Source: Patescibacteria group bacterium (GTDB lineage Bacteria > Patescibacteriota > Saccharimonadia > CAILAD01 > BJGX01). From it: a stretch of 64,000 nucleotides of DNA. Of this stretch, positions 49,594 through 58,824 are shown one piece after another. Every line of letters starts with the position of its first letter. Within the stretch, counting starts at the first letter, position 1. The notes under the pieces are model-generated. The model did no database searches. It was not told where the DNA came from and worked only from the letters and a program-made list of their open reading frames with translations. The stretch lies in NCBI GenBank assembly GCA_026397045.1, contig JAPLVO010000010.1, positions 15,858 through 79,857 on the forward strand, read 5' to 3'. Made by a program: the position numbers and the translations under genes.

Positions 49594-50073
49594 ATGGTTG
49601 CTGAAGTGGCATATAAGACACCAAGCACAGTTAAGGCCATGGTCTTTGTTGTGCCTGTCTTGGTGGTTAACTCTGCATTTTTCTACTTAGGAATGTGGAT
49701 CTGGCTAAGGGTCATGGTTAGCTTGGCACTAGTATTACTACTTGTGCTAGCACGCAGCCACGTCTTTAGGGGCCTAGACAAGCTCAACCGTAAAGCGGTA
49801 GAGGAGTACCATGTAAAGTTTGAAATATTTATTGGGCTTTATGTGTTTTCTTTTTTGCCATTTTACCTTGGCATTTTTATGACCGTTCAAGGGACACTTA
49901 ATAACGCCTGGCTGATAGCAGTCTTGGGCGTTATTATCAATCGTCTAGCTTGGGCCTTGCCATATCTGTACCCGCTAGTTTGCGGCACGCTTCCCAAGAA
50001 GTTGCAAATTGGTATTTGGTTATGGATAGCTAGTGGAGTCATCTACGGCATAGCAAAGGCTATGCTCCAATGA
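49594..50073 (+). CDS. Hypothetical membrane protein
   Basis: GGGAG RBS before ATG 49594; about 5 TMs. Confidence 0.7.
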   Translation: MVAEVAYKTPSTVKAMVFVVPVLVVNSAFFYLGMWIWLRVMVSLALVLLLVLARSHVFRGLDKLNRKAVEEYHVKFEIFIGLYVFSFLPFYLGIFMTVQGTLNNAWLIAVLGVIINRLAWALPYLYPLVCGTLPKKLQIGIWLWIASGVIYGIAKAMLQ

Positions 50074-50657
50074 GGAGAGATATGGAAATAACTAGAGAAA
50101 CCCAAGTGGATATTGAGCTAGAAGACAAATTCTGGCTGCTCTACAACACTGCATTTGCAGATCTCAGAACCGCCTCGCCTTGCAGACAGTACATGCACGA
50201 AAGTGAGTTTAGAGAAGAAATGTCAGATGAGCGCATGCTCAAATTTGTACTCTGGGAAGACGATACGGCTCTAGCTATGGCTCTTGTAGCGGTAGATCTT
50301 ACAGCAATCGACTGGATTTCACCAGAGTTTTTTGAGAAGAAGTACCCGGATCAATACAAGCAAGGCACCATCTTTTATTTTGGTGCGTTGCTTGTAGTCC
50401 CAGGCCTTCAAGGCCTGCATTACAGCGAGCTTTTGCTGGCCGAGCTCATTAACTTTGTCGTTAGAAATAATGGCGTTGCAGCATTTGACTGTTATTCAAA
50501 AAACAGCGATTGGCTACCTAGTCACATAGAGCAAATGGGTGATAAGGTGGCGGTTGTAGAACTGAGTGAACTCGACTACCAAGCTTATTACGCGATTGAG
50601 TCTAAGGGCTTTAAGAACCAGAAAGAGCCAAGCGCATTTGTTTGGCTAGAAAAATAA
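50070..50657 (+). CDS. GNAT-fold hypothetical acyltransferase
   Basis: YFGALLVVPGLQGLHYSELLL resembles GNAT motif A; coupled to upstream gene. Confidence 0.6.
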   Translation: MRRDMEITRETQVDIELEDKFWLLYNTAFADLRTASPCRQYMHESEFREEMSDERMLKFVLWEDDTALAMALVAVDLTAIDWISPEFFEKKYPDQYKQGTIFYFGALLVVPGLQGLHYSELLLAELINFVVRNNGVAAFDCYSKNSDWLPSHIEQMGDKVAVVELSELDYQAYYAIESKGFKNQKEPSAFVWLEK

Positions 50658-50659
50658 TC

Positions 50660-50690
50660 ATTAACCCCCGGCATTACGCCGGGGGTTAAT
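50660..50690 (+). terminator. GC-rich hairpin after GNAT gene
   Basis: ATTAACCCCCGGC-N5-GCCGGGGGTTAAT. Confidence 0.75.
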
Positions 50691-50729
50691 CGCCTTTAAA
50701 GTGTTATTTTTTGCTAAAATATAAGTGTT

Positions 50730-52910
50730 ATGCTTACTAACCTTTCATTACTCATCACCACCGTGCTAACATTTTTTCTAGGTATTTTGGTGTATACCAA
50801 TAACCCTAAGAAGCCTTCTAACAGAAACTTTTTTTACTTCACTTCTTCATTATCACTTTGGGCTATAACCAATCTAATGGCTAATATCTCTGCAGAGCCC
50901 AGCCTGGCACTTTTTTGGTCGAGAGCCGCTATTGTAGGGGCAGCGCTGCTGATATACTTTTTCTTATTATTTAGCATGACATTTACTAGCGATAAGCAGC
51001 TGAGCCGTGCGCTAAGACTAATATTATTTATTCCAGCTTTTATTATTATTTTGTTTAGCCCCACAGCCGCCAATGTAGTCTCATCTAATGCCTATGCCCA
51101 GCAGATACAGACCGGCTGGCTGTATATTTTTGTGATTGCCTACTTGCCTACTTACACTATCTGGGGGGTAGCACTGTTTATAAAAGCCCAGCGTAGCTCT
51201 GCAGGGCATAGAAAAGACCAAATCAAATATATCTTGATGGGTACAGCCCTTATCGCTATTCCTGGATTTATTTTTAATGCCATTTTACCAGCACTGGGGA
51301 TCACATCCCTTTCGTCATTTGGGCCAATATTTATTTTACTTTTGGTGGCCATGATAGCTTACTCAATACTTCGTCATCAGCTTATGGACATAAGATTTAT
51401 CGTTACAAGGTCACTGGCTTTTGCCTCGTCTATATTTATTATCGCAGCCGTATTTGGACTAGTCAGCTTTCAGATAGTTGATGTTATATTGCCAGCGAAT
51501 GCCTCACAAGTTACCATTAGGCTTTCTTATACCGTTATAGCTATTTTGCTGGCCTTTGCATTTAATCCACTAGTAAGATTTTTTGAAAAAATAACAGCTA
51601 AGTTGTTTTTTCGTGGCCAATACGACCCACAGAAGCTGACTGACCAAATTGGTGGTATTTTGTCTAGCGAAATAGACCTAGACAAGCTAAGCACCCGAGT
51701 ACTAAGTGAAATAACTACTCAAATGAAAATCAATATTTCTGAGATTGTAGTATTTAGCAAAGACAGAGTGTTTTATGAAAAGATACCTCTCAAGAATAGT
51801 CAAAAAGAAATAAGCCACAAACAATTACAAAAGCTCGGTAGAGTTACGCTGATTGTTGAAAATCTTAAGCCTGGTGAACGCAGAGATATCTTAAAAGAGT
51901 TTGGTTTTAGTCTTAGTATCCCGCTGCGCACCAGCGAGAAGTTTATAGGCTATTTACTTTTGGGCGAAAAAAAGAACGGTGAGATTTTTGGCTCTCAAGA
52001 TTTGGCGGTACTAAAATCTATTGCCAATGAAGTAAGCGTTGCTATGGCCAACGCCCTAAGCTACAAAGAAATTCAACTTTTTACAGAGACGCTTTCGGAA
52101 AAAGTTCGCCAGCGTACTGCTCAGCTCAACACCGCCAACAGCCAGCTAAGAGAGCTAGACCAGGCCAAAGATGAATTTATTTCTATGGCATCTCACCAGC
52201 TCAGAACTCCACTAACGACTGTAAAGGGGTACATTAGCATGCTTGATGATGGGGATTTCGGCAAGCTAACGAAAGAACAAAAGCAAAGTATTGAGCTGGC
52301 TTTGGATGGAAGCAATAGAATGGCACGATTAATCGATGACTTATTGAATATCAGTCGTATGGAGGCGGGTAAATTCTATATAGATGCCCGGAAAGTAGAT
52401 CTTAGTAAGCTTGTAAGCGAGGAGGTTAAAGCCCTACAGTTTATGGCAAAATCTCAAAAAGTTATTATCAGATACAAAGCCCCAACGAAAGCAATCCCAC
52501 TAATCAACTTAGATGAAAATAAGACTCGGCAGGTAGTGATGAATATATTAGATAATGCAATCCATTATAGCCAGCCCCCTAAAGGAGGCGGCGTGGTTGA
52601 AGTTTCGCTTCTGCACTCTGGTGGTAGTGTGAGCTATATTGTTAAAGACAATGGCATTGGGGTGCCTAGAGATCAGCAGTCCATGCTCTTTACCAAGATG
52701 TTTAGGGCCAAAAATGCTAAAGATATGCGCCCTGATGGAACTGGGCTAGGGCTATATATGGTTAAGCGTGTGGTTGAAGACCAAGGAGGAAAGGTGCTAT
52801 TTGAATCCAAATACGGCAAGGGCAGTCTTTTTGGATTCAAAATACCAGTCCACAATCATATAGAAATAGATGCCAAAGCCCAGGCAAAACTAAAATCTCA
52901 AATTAATTAG
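50730..52910 (+). CDS. Sensor histidine kinase (HisKA_7TM-like, GAF-like, HisKA, HATPase)
   Basis: Multi-TM N-terminus, SHQLRTPL, NILDNA, DNGIG, GTGLGL. Confidence 0.93.
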   Translation: MLTNLSLLITTVLTFFLGILVYTNNPKKPSNRNFFYFTSSLSLWAITNLMANISAEPSLALFWSRAAIVGAALLIYFFLLFSMTFTSDKQLSRALRLILFIPAFIIILFSPTAANVVSSNAYAQQIQTGWLYIFVIAYLPTYTIWGVALFIKAQRSSAGHRKDQIKYILMGTALIAIPGFIFNAILPALGITSLSSFGPIFILLLVAMIAYSILRHQLMDIRFIVTRSLAFASSIFIIAAVFGLVSFQIVDVILPANASQVTIRLSYTVIAILLAFAFNPLVRFFEKITAKLFFRGQYDPQKLTDQIGGILSSEIDLDKLSTRVLSEITTQMKINISEIVVFSKDRVFYEKIPLKNSQKEISHKQLQKLGRVTLIVENLKPGERRDILKEFGFSLSIPLRTSEKFIGYLLLGEKKNGEIFGSQDLAVLKSIANEVSVAMANALSYKEIQLFTETLSEKVRQRTAQLNTANSQLRELDQAKDEFISMASHQLRTPLTTVKGYISMLDDGDFGKLTKEQKQSIELALDGSNRMARLIDDLLNISRMEAGKFYIDARKVDLSKLVSEEVKALQFMAKSQKVIIRYKAPTKAIPLINLDENKTRQVVMNILDNAIHYSQPPKGGGVVEVSLLHSGGSVSYIVKDNGIGVPRDQQSMLFTKMFRAKNAKDMRPDGTGLGLYMVKRVVEDQGGKVLFESKYGKGSLFGFKIPVHNHIEIDAKAQAKLKSQIN

Positions 52911-52934
52911 TAATCGAAGTGATATAATATACCT

Positions 52935-54119
52935 ATGGCCAAACTGCTTACACTAAAAGATATTGATTATGCGGGTAAAAAAGTATTTTTGCGAGTCGAT
53001 TATAATGTGGTGGTTAACGGCAAAGTGATCGATGAGTTTAGGGTCGCTCAAAGCCTCGCAACCATCAGTAAGCTGCTTTCTAGCGGCTGCTCTGTTATTT
53101 TGGCCAGCCATAATGGCCGACCAGAAGGAGAGCCAGATCCAAAACTAAGCCTCAGGCCAGTAGCCCAGGTTTTGGCTCAATTAATTAAGAGGCCAGTTGG
53201 TTTCGTCCCAGACTGTGTAGGCCCTGATACGGCTAAGGAGTCTAGGGCACTTAAGCCTGGGGAGCTGCTTTTATTGGAAAACTTACGGTTTCATGCAGCC
53301 GAGGAAAAAAACACTGTAGCCTTCGCCAAATCTCTGGCTAGCTTGGCCGAGGTCTATGTGGATGATGCCTTCGCCAACGCCCATAGACCGCACGCCAGCA
53401 TGATCGGTGTGCCACAGTACTTACCCCACGCCGCTGGGCTGCTAATGGAAAAGGAATATCTAAGAATAATATCTCTTACTAAATCTCCGAAGCGACCTTA
53501 TGTGGCAATAGTAGGGGGTGCTAAGATATCCACCAAGATAGAGGTATTACAGAGTTTGACAAAAAAGGTTGATACGCTTGTTATCGGAGGTGCAATGGCC
53601 AATACCTTCTTGCAGGCTCAGGGCTATAATGTGCAGTCCAGCATGACGGAGCCTGACCATGTAGGCACAGCCGCGGCTATAATAAAATTAGCCCATAAAA
53701 ATAATGTCAGCCTAATACTGCCTACCGATGTTGTCGTAGCAGAAAGAGTTGAGCATGGAGCCAGCCATCGGCAGATTGGAGTGGGTAAGATATCCGCCAA
53801 TGAGCTTGTCCTGGACATCGGTAAGAATACTATGAAGGGTATTTTACCTATCATATCTTCTGCCAAGACAGTTTTCTGGAACGGCACACTTGGCGTAGCT
53901 GAAATACCAGAGTTCGCCTGGGCTAGCAGGGACTTGGCTCACATGATCGCACTCAGAAAAAACAAAGCAGATACGATTGTCGGTGGGGGGGATACAGAAG
54001 CTTTTGTAGCTAAATTAGGTATGACCAATAGATTCGGTTTCGTTAGCACTGGTGGAGGTGTGTGTTTAGAGCTCTTAGCCGGGGATAAGCTCCCTGCAAT
54101 TGAAGTATTAATGAGCTAA
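52935..54119 (+). CDS. pgk: Phosphoglycerate kinase
   Basis: RVDYNV, SHNGRP, LLENLRF, GGAKIS, STGGG. Confidence 0.96.
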   Translation: MAKLLTLKDIDYAGKKVFLRVDYNVVVNGKVIDEFRVAQSLATISKLLSSGCSVILASHNGRPEGEPDPKLSLRPVAQVLAQLIKRPVGFVPDCVGPDTAKESRALKPGELLLLENLRFHAAEEKNTVAFAKSLASLAEVYVDDAFANAHRPHASMIGVPQYLPHAAGLLMEKEYLRIISLTKSPKRPYVAIVGGAKISTKIEVLQSLTKKVDTLVIGGAMANTFLQAQGYNVQSSMTEPDHVGTAAAIIKLAHKNNVSLILPTDVVVAERVEHGASHRQIGVGKISANELVLDIGKNTMKGILPIISSAKTVFWNGTLGVAEIPEFAWASRDLAHMIALRKNKADTIVGGGDTEAFVAKLGMTNRFGFVSTGGGVCLELLAGDKLPAIEVLMS

Positions 54120-54147
54120 AATAAGCTACTTACAAAAAAGTCAGCCG

Positions 54148-55980
54148 CTAAAGCGCGCTAGCAGGCCCATTATTATTTGCACTTGCTGTATTGTCTTCGA
54201 ATTCATCTCTGGATCTATTCAGTGGATTTAGTTCATTTACAGCTTCCGGAAATCCCGATACCAATGTGCTTGAAGGAGTGGCCGGTATTGTAATCGGCTG
54301 GCTCGCAGGGGCTGTATTGGGCAATACCACTGGATGCTCGGCCGATTGGGTGCTAGATGTTATCGCAGGAGCTATGACAGGAGACGGCATTGCGGGTGGT
54401 ATTGAAGTAGGTATGATGTCGCTATCATTACTTTGCCCGATAACGGGTGCTTTTGTCTCTGATGGCTGAGGAGGAATTAGCGGGGGCTTGGGGGCCTTGG
54501 CAATGGGCGTAGGAGGCTCTAAATTAGAGATTGGCGGTGTTACTCTTGGGGGCTGAGGGGGAAAATTATTTGTATTAGCAAATTTATTATCTCTTGTCGC
54601 AGAGGGGGTTACCGGCCTGGGTGGAGTCATGGCTTTTGGTGGTGCCTGGATGTCGCCATCGATACTTTTTAGGGGCTTTGGCCTAGGCCCATCAATGGTG
54701 TTAAGAACAGCACTTTGGGTCGGCATATTTGCTGATTCTTTCGAAGGCTGAGTGGAATCTAGTGAATATTGGATTTCTAGCAAGCGATTATATTTTGCTA
54801 TTCGTTCACCTCTGACAGGAGCCCCAACTTTTATTCCATAGGCGCCTACTCCATAGGCTAAATCCACAATAAAATCATCATTACTTTCACCACTTCTGTG
54901 GCTAATTATGACCTCATTGCCTACCTCTCGAGCCATATCGATAGCAGCAAACATTTCCGATATGCTTCCAACTTGGTCGGGCTTGATAATTATCCCGTCA
55001 AAGACCTTTTCTTTTGCGAAATCATTAATCTTGCGTGAGTCTGTAACTGTAAAATCGTCTGATATTATCTGGAAGGGCTTACTTTCTGAGGGGATGCTCT
55101 TGAGTAGCTCGAGACCTTCAAGATCGGTTTCAGCAAATGGGTCTTCTAGCGAGAAAAGATCAAACTTTTGATCCCATGCCTGGTAGGCTGCAAGTAAATC
55201 GCTAGCGTGTGCGTTGTTTCCCTCAAAAACATAATTTTTACCGTTGTAAAAGCTGTTGGCAGCAATATCTAGGGCTATTTCAAATTTCGAATCCATTTTT
55301 TCTCTGAGGTTGGCAATTGCTTCTAGGACTACTTCTGTTCTAACACCAACTGGCGCGATGGCACCCTCGTCGCCTACTAGCTGGGCCGCTGGGCCATACA
55401 AACTAACCATTATTGTCTTGATGGTTTGATAAACCTGAACTATCATTTCTATAGATTCTATTGGGTTGGTTGATTTAGGGACAATCATAAACTCCTGAAT
55501 ATCCAGTCCGGGGGCGTGTTTACCACCACTAACTAAATTAGCGTATATTCTAGGAAACTTAGGAGTGGTTTTTCGATTTTCAGCAATGTATTGCCAGAGG
55601 GGTTTTTTACTGAGCTTGGCACTTAGCTTAAAGTAGGCACCTGAGAGCGCCAAAATTGTATTTGCGCCCAAGTTCTGCTTATTATCTGTCCCGTCTAGAG
55701 CGATTACTAGGCTATCGAAGTCATCTTGATGTTTTAGCGGATACCCAATAAACTTGGGTGAAACAATTTTATTGATTAAATCCACGCACGAGGCTACACT
55801 CTTTCCGCCGTAGCTATCGCCGTTATCAGTCTTTTTTTCTGCTTCACCTATACCCAAGCTAGAGCCTGCGGGCACAATAAACCATGATGAAGTACCATTT
55901 TCAGCTACCATCCTGACTTTTAGCGTCGGCTCACCGTTAGAATTTAGTACCTGCGAGGGTACAATGCTTTTAATTCCCAT
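54148..55980 (-). CDS. eno: Enolase with ~200-aa Pro-rich C-terminal extension
   Basis: GGKHA, IQEFMI, GDEG, EDP, SHRSGE, RGERIAKYNRLL. Confidence 0.9.
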   Translation of the reverse strand: MGIKSIVPSQVLNSNGEPTLKVRMVAENGTSSWFIVPAGSSLGIGEAEKKTDNGDSYGGKSVASCVDLINKIVSPKFIGYPLKHQDDFDSLVIALDGTDNKQNLGANTILALSGAYFKLSAKLSKKPLWQYIAENRKTTPKFPRIYANLVSGGKHAPGLDIQEFMIVPKSTNPIESIEMIVQVYQTIKTIMVSLYGPAAQLVGDEGAIAPVGVRTEVVLEAIANLREKMDSKFEIALDIAANSFYNGKNYVFEGNNAHASDLLAAYQAWDQKFDLFSLEDPFAETDLEGLELLKSIPSESKPFQIISDDFTVTDSRKINDFAKEKVFDGIIIKPDQVGSISEMFAAIDMAREVGNEVIISHRSGESNDDFIVDLAYGVGAYGIKVGAPVRGERIAKYNRLLEIQYSLDSTQPSKESANMPTQSAVLNTIDGPRPKPLKSIDGDIQAPPKAMTPPRPVTPSATRDNKFANTNNFPPQPPRVTPPISNLEPPTPIAKAPKPPLIPPQPSETKAPVIGQSNDSDIIPTSIPPAMPSPVIAPAITSSTQSAEHPVVLPNTAPASQPITIPATPSSTLVSGFPEAVNELNPLNRSRDEFEDNTASANNNGPASAL

Positions 55981-56018
55981 GATATATAAATTATAGCATA
56001 AGCATTATAAAGTGCTAA

Positions 56019-57035
56019 CTAATTTGTCTTTATAATGTTCTGAAGCTGACCAGAAAGGAAGCCGAGAATATTTGTTGCTGTGGTCTTGCGGATAATTGCC
56101 AACCCTTCAGTGGAGTTGAAGGCATTATGGGGGGATAATATCACATTGTTCATTTTTGATAAAATATCAAGCTCAGCTATATCGTAGGGAGCCTTTTTGT
56201 TGCCTAGGTATAAGTCAGTTTCAATATCGAGGTCTAGGGCCCTCTCTCCCTCCACGACATCTAGCCCTGCCCCGGCTATTTGCTTGGATCGAAGAGCCTC
56301 AATCAAATCGGAGGTATTAACAAGCTGGCCACGAGCTGTATTTATTAATACCGAGTGGGGGCTCATCAAAGCGAGAGATTTGGAATTAATAAGTTGCTTA
56401 GTACTTGGGTTCAACGGCGCATGCAGACTTATATAATCACTCCCTCTGAGCAGCTCGGGCATTGTCACTAAGCTAAAGCCAAGCTGCTTGGCCGCATTTT
56501 CATCTGGGTAGGGGTCGTAGGCAATTGCATGCATTCCCATTGCTTTGGCGATACTAATTACCCGTAAACCAATCTTGCCAGTCCCGACCACCCCAAGTAT
56601 TTTGCCGTTCAGCGTGGAGCCAGTTAGCTTTCGGTAGTCAATTTGGCCGTCCTTTACCGAGCTAAGCACTGCTGGCATTTTGCGGGCCAGCATAAGCATA
56701 AGCAGTATCGTATATTCAGCAACTGTTGTCTGCCCATAAGCTGGCACATTACTCACCACAACAGCCTTTTGCTTGCAAGCCCTGAGATCTACATTATCAA
56801 CACCTGTCGACCGGCAAGCCACAAAGCCTAGACTCGGCATATGAGCTATGGCGGCTTCATCTACATTGCTAGATGAAGAAACACTAATAACCTTAGCTTC
56901 CTTATATTCGTAGGCTGGCACTTTATTTATCTCCTCATGGAAAAATAAGAGCTTGTATTTACTACCTATAAAGTAGTGCTCAAAAGAGCTTTTCTCTTTG
57001 CTGGTAGTGTCAAAAAATGCGATTGTTGTAGCCAT
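56019..57035 (-). CDS. ldhA: D-lactate dehydrogenase-like D-2-hydroxyacid dehydrogenase
   Basis: RSTGVDNVD, NVPAYG, GTGKIG, INTARG, LDVVEGE, SPHNAF. Confidence 0.85.
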   Translation of the reverse strand: MATTIAFFDTTSKEKSSFEHYFIGSKYKLLFFHEEINKVPAYEYKEAKVISVSSSSNVDEAAIAHMPSLGFVACRSTGVDNVDLRACKQKAVVVSNVPAYGQTTVAEYTILLMLMLARKMPAVLSSVKDGQIDYRKLTGSTLNGKILGVVGTGKIGLRVISIAKAMGMHAIAYDPYPDENAAKQLGFSLVTMPELLRGSDYISLHAPLNPSTKQLINSKSLALMSPHSVLINTARGQLVNTSDLIEALRSKQIAGAGLDVVEGERALDLDIETDLYLGNKKAPYDIAELDILSKMNNVILSPHNAFNSTEGLAIIRKTTATNILGFLSGQLQNIIKTN

Positions 57036-57293
57036 AAGTTTTATCCTTTATTCAATACTACAATAAAATCAGAAACATTGGCAGTAATCTTATTTATTTT
57101 ATATGTTACATTTATCGGTCCTAGAGTTTTATAGCTTCTATTATTAGTGTAGCTGTGTCTTGGCGCACCTTAGCCTATTTGGCTGGGCACAAGCTGACCG
57201 AACTTTTTAATATATATGAGCGAACAATTGTAGCATTATTGAAGTTTTAGAAGATATTGTGTTATCTTTAAAATAATTAAATCAGGAGGAAAT

Positions 57294-57902
57294 ATGAGTG
57301 AGTTAGGTAGATATAATCCAAATAATTCAGAAAAAAATCGAAACCAATTTTCTAGAAGAAAACTTGGAGCAGCTTTTATCGCTGCAGCACTTGGCGCGGG
57401 TGCCATTATGGGGACAGATAAGAGTGATGTAAAAAAAGATAAATCGGGCGAGCTGGCTTTAGATGAAAAAATAGATAAAATGTTTGAAGAAGCAGGAATC
57501 CAAAAGGGTTCAATAATCAATGTCATAGCAGCCGAATTAGTAATAAATACTGAAAAAGTAAATGTCAGGGAAGGCTATGATGTTTCCGACTTTAACAAGA
57601 TTACTTCTAGCGAGCTCATAGGGGTAAGTGGTGCAATCATGATACCCCTCACTGACGACGACCCTAATGGCTCAAGATATATGGCTATATTGAAAGGCCC
57701 CAATGGAGAAAGAACATTGATTAGTTTTGTAGTTGAGGTGGATGGTGTATCTTATGCTGCAACTGGCAAGCCGTATGATGGAGTAACAACGAAAATGATA
57801 TATGAAGGATCTAAGGATGGTCAGCCAATGGCCATCGAAGAAGGCGGAGCAGAAATACTCGTAGCAACAGCCCAAGAATTAGGTAAGAATAAGTCTAAGT
57901 AG
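57294..57902 (+). CDS. Hypothetical exported protein
   Basis: AGGAGG RBS; hydrophobic N-terminal segment. Confidence 0.7.
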   Translation: MSELGRYNPNNSEKNRNQFSRRKLGAAFIAAALGAGAIMGTDKSDVKKDKSGELALDEKIDKMFEEAGIQKGSIINVIAAELVINTEKVNVREGYDVSDFNKITSSELIGVSGAIMIPLTDDDPNGSRYMAILKGPNGERTLISFVVEVDGVSYAATGKPYDGVTTKMIYEGSKDGQPMAIEEGGAEILVATAQELGKNKSK

Positions 57903-57922
57903 TTTTCGTTCGAAAAAACAGT

Positions 57923-58061
57923 TGGTGATCCCACGGAGAAGGCGGGCTAGCGCCCTTTTCCCTGCGGTGCTCGGTAAATATTTAAGTGAACTTGATATTT
58001 ACGCTGCGCTCCTCGTGCACCGAACTCCTTTGGTAGTTCAATTCGTCGAGTCGAATACGCA
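57923..58061 (-). mobile_element. tRNA-Glu 3'-end duplicate carrying an 80-nt structured insert (putative non-autonomous element)
   Basis: 57923-57940 identical to tRNA 58097-58114; 58021-58028 identical to 58116-58123; insert 57941-58020 replaces one T-loop base. Confidence 0.6.
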
Positions 58062-58096
58062 AAAAAAAAGCCCGAGACGAGCTCAGGCGTTTTTTA

Positions 58097-58171
58097 TGGT
58101 GATCCCACGGAGAATCGAACTCCGGTTGCCGGGATGAAAACCCGGTGTCCTAACCGCTAGACGATGGGACC
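58097..58171 (-). tRNA. tRNA-Glu (TTC)
   Basis: CCGGG-TTTTCAT-CCCGG arm, CCA. Confidence 0.93.
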
Positions 58172-58304
58172 ATCAACTATTTTTTTACGAAATAACCATA
58201 CAATTTTAACACATTTAGGTTCTTATTTCAATCTGTAAATTGGACATTTTAAGCTAAAGCGTGTATATATTATAAGCATTAGATAATTATGGATCAAGCC
58301 AAAC

Positions 58305-58706
58305 ATGACACAAACTACACTAGATAACATCAAGCCCACACAGCCACTTTCTCAATCTGGCCAGCAAGACTCTACAATCGATCTTAGGACGCCAGAGGGA
58401 GAAGCCCAAAAATTAAGGGATAAAGAATCTAGAACACGAGCTATACAGAATCAAGCAAATCGGTCTAATGTTTTGCCGAGGGTCGGCCTAGACGGCATGC
58501 GTCGCACCAGACCTAGCCCTGGGGCTACAGCCACTTCTACTGGCCCACCATCCGAAGGTTCGGCTTTCATACTACCCAAAGAGCAGCTAGAACAGCCGCC
58601 GGTTGTGGTATCTAACCCTAGCACCAGTACCGAGGCCCAGCCTATCGACCAACAGCAAGAGCAAAAGAAGCCAGGCTTTTTTGCCAGAATGTTTGGGAAA
58701 AAGTAA
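58305..58706 (+). CDS. Disordered hypothetical protein with C-terminal amphipathic helix
   Basis: P/Q/S/T-rich; ends KKPGFFARMFGKK. Confidence 0.65.
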   Translation: MTQTTLDNIKPTQPLSQSGQQDSTIDLRTPEGEAQKLRDKESRTRAIQNQANRSNVLPRVGLDGMRRTRPSPGATATSTGPPSEGSAFILPKEQLEQPPVVVSNPSTSTEAQPIDQQQEQKKPGFFARMFGKK

Positions 58707-58824
58707 CCATATTACAGCCTTGGCTGCTTGTTAAATTTTATATTTATTAGGTAGCTTCCCTGCAAAATTAGATGTTATTGTTACGCTTTTACTAATACTC
58801 TAAAAACCATTACAATATAAACAT

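Noticed and set aside
57199-57225. Two CGAAC half-sites 22 bp apart as a LexA box
   Set aside because: No half-site at the 11-bp position; flanking genes are not SOS-type.
57294-57410. Tat signal peptide (FSRRKLG)
   Set aside because: Weak match to SRRxFLK and no Tat genes in the window.
57294-58171. Prophage or genomic island integrated at tRNA-Glu
   Set aside because: The duplicated 3' ends enclose only ~155 bp with no integrase; the 57294 gene lies outside the duplication.
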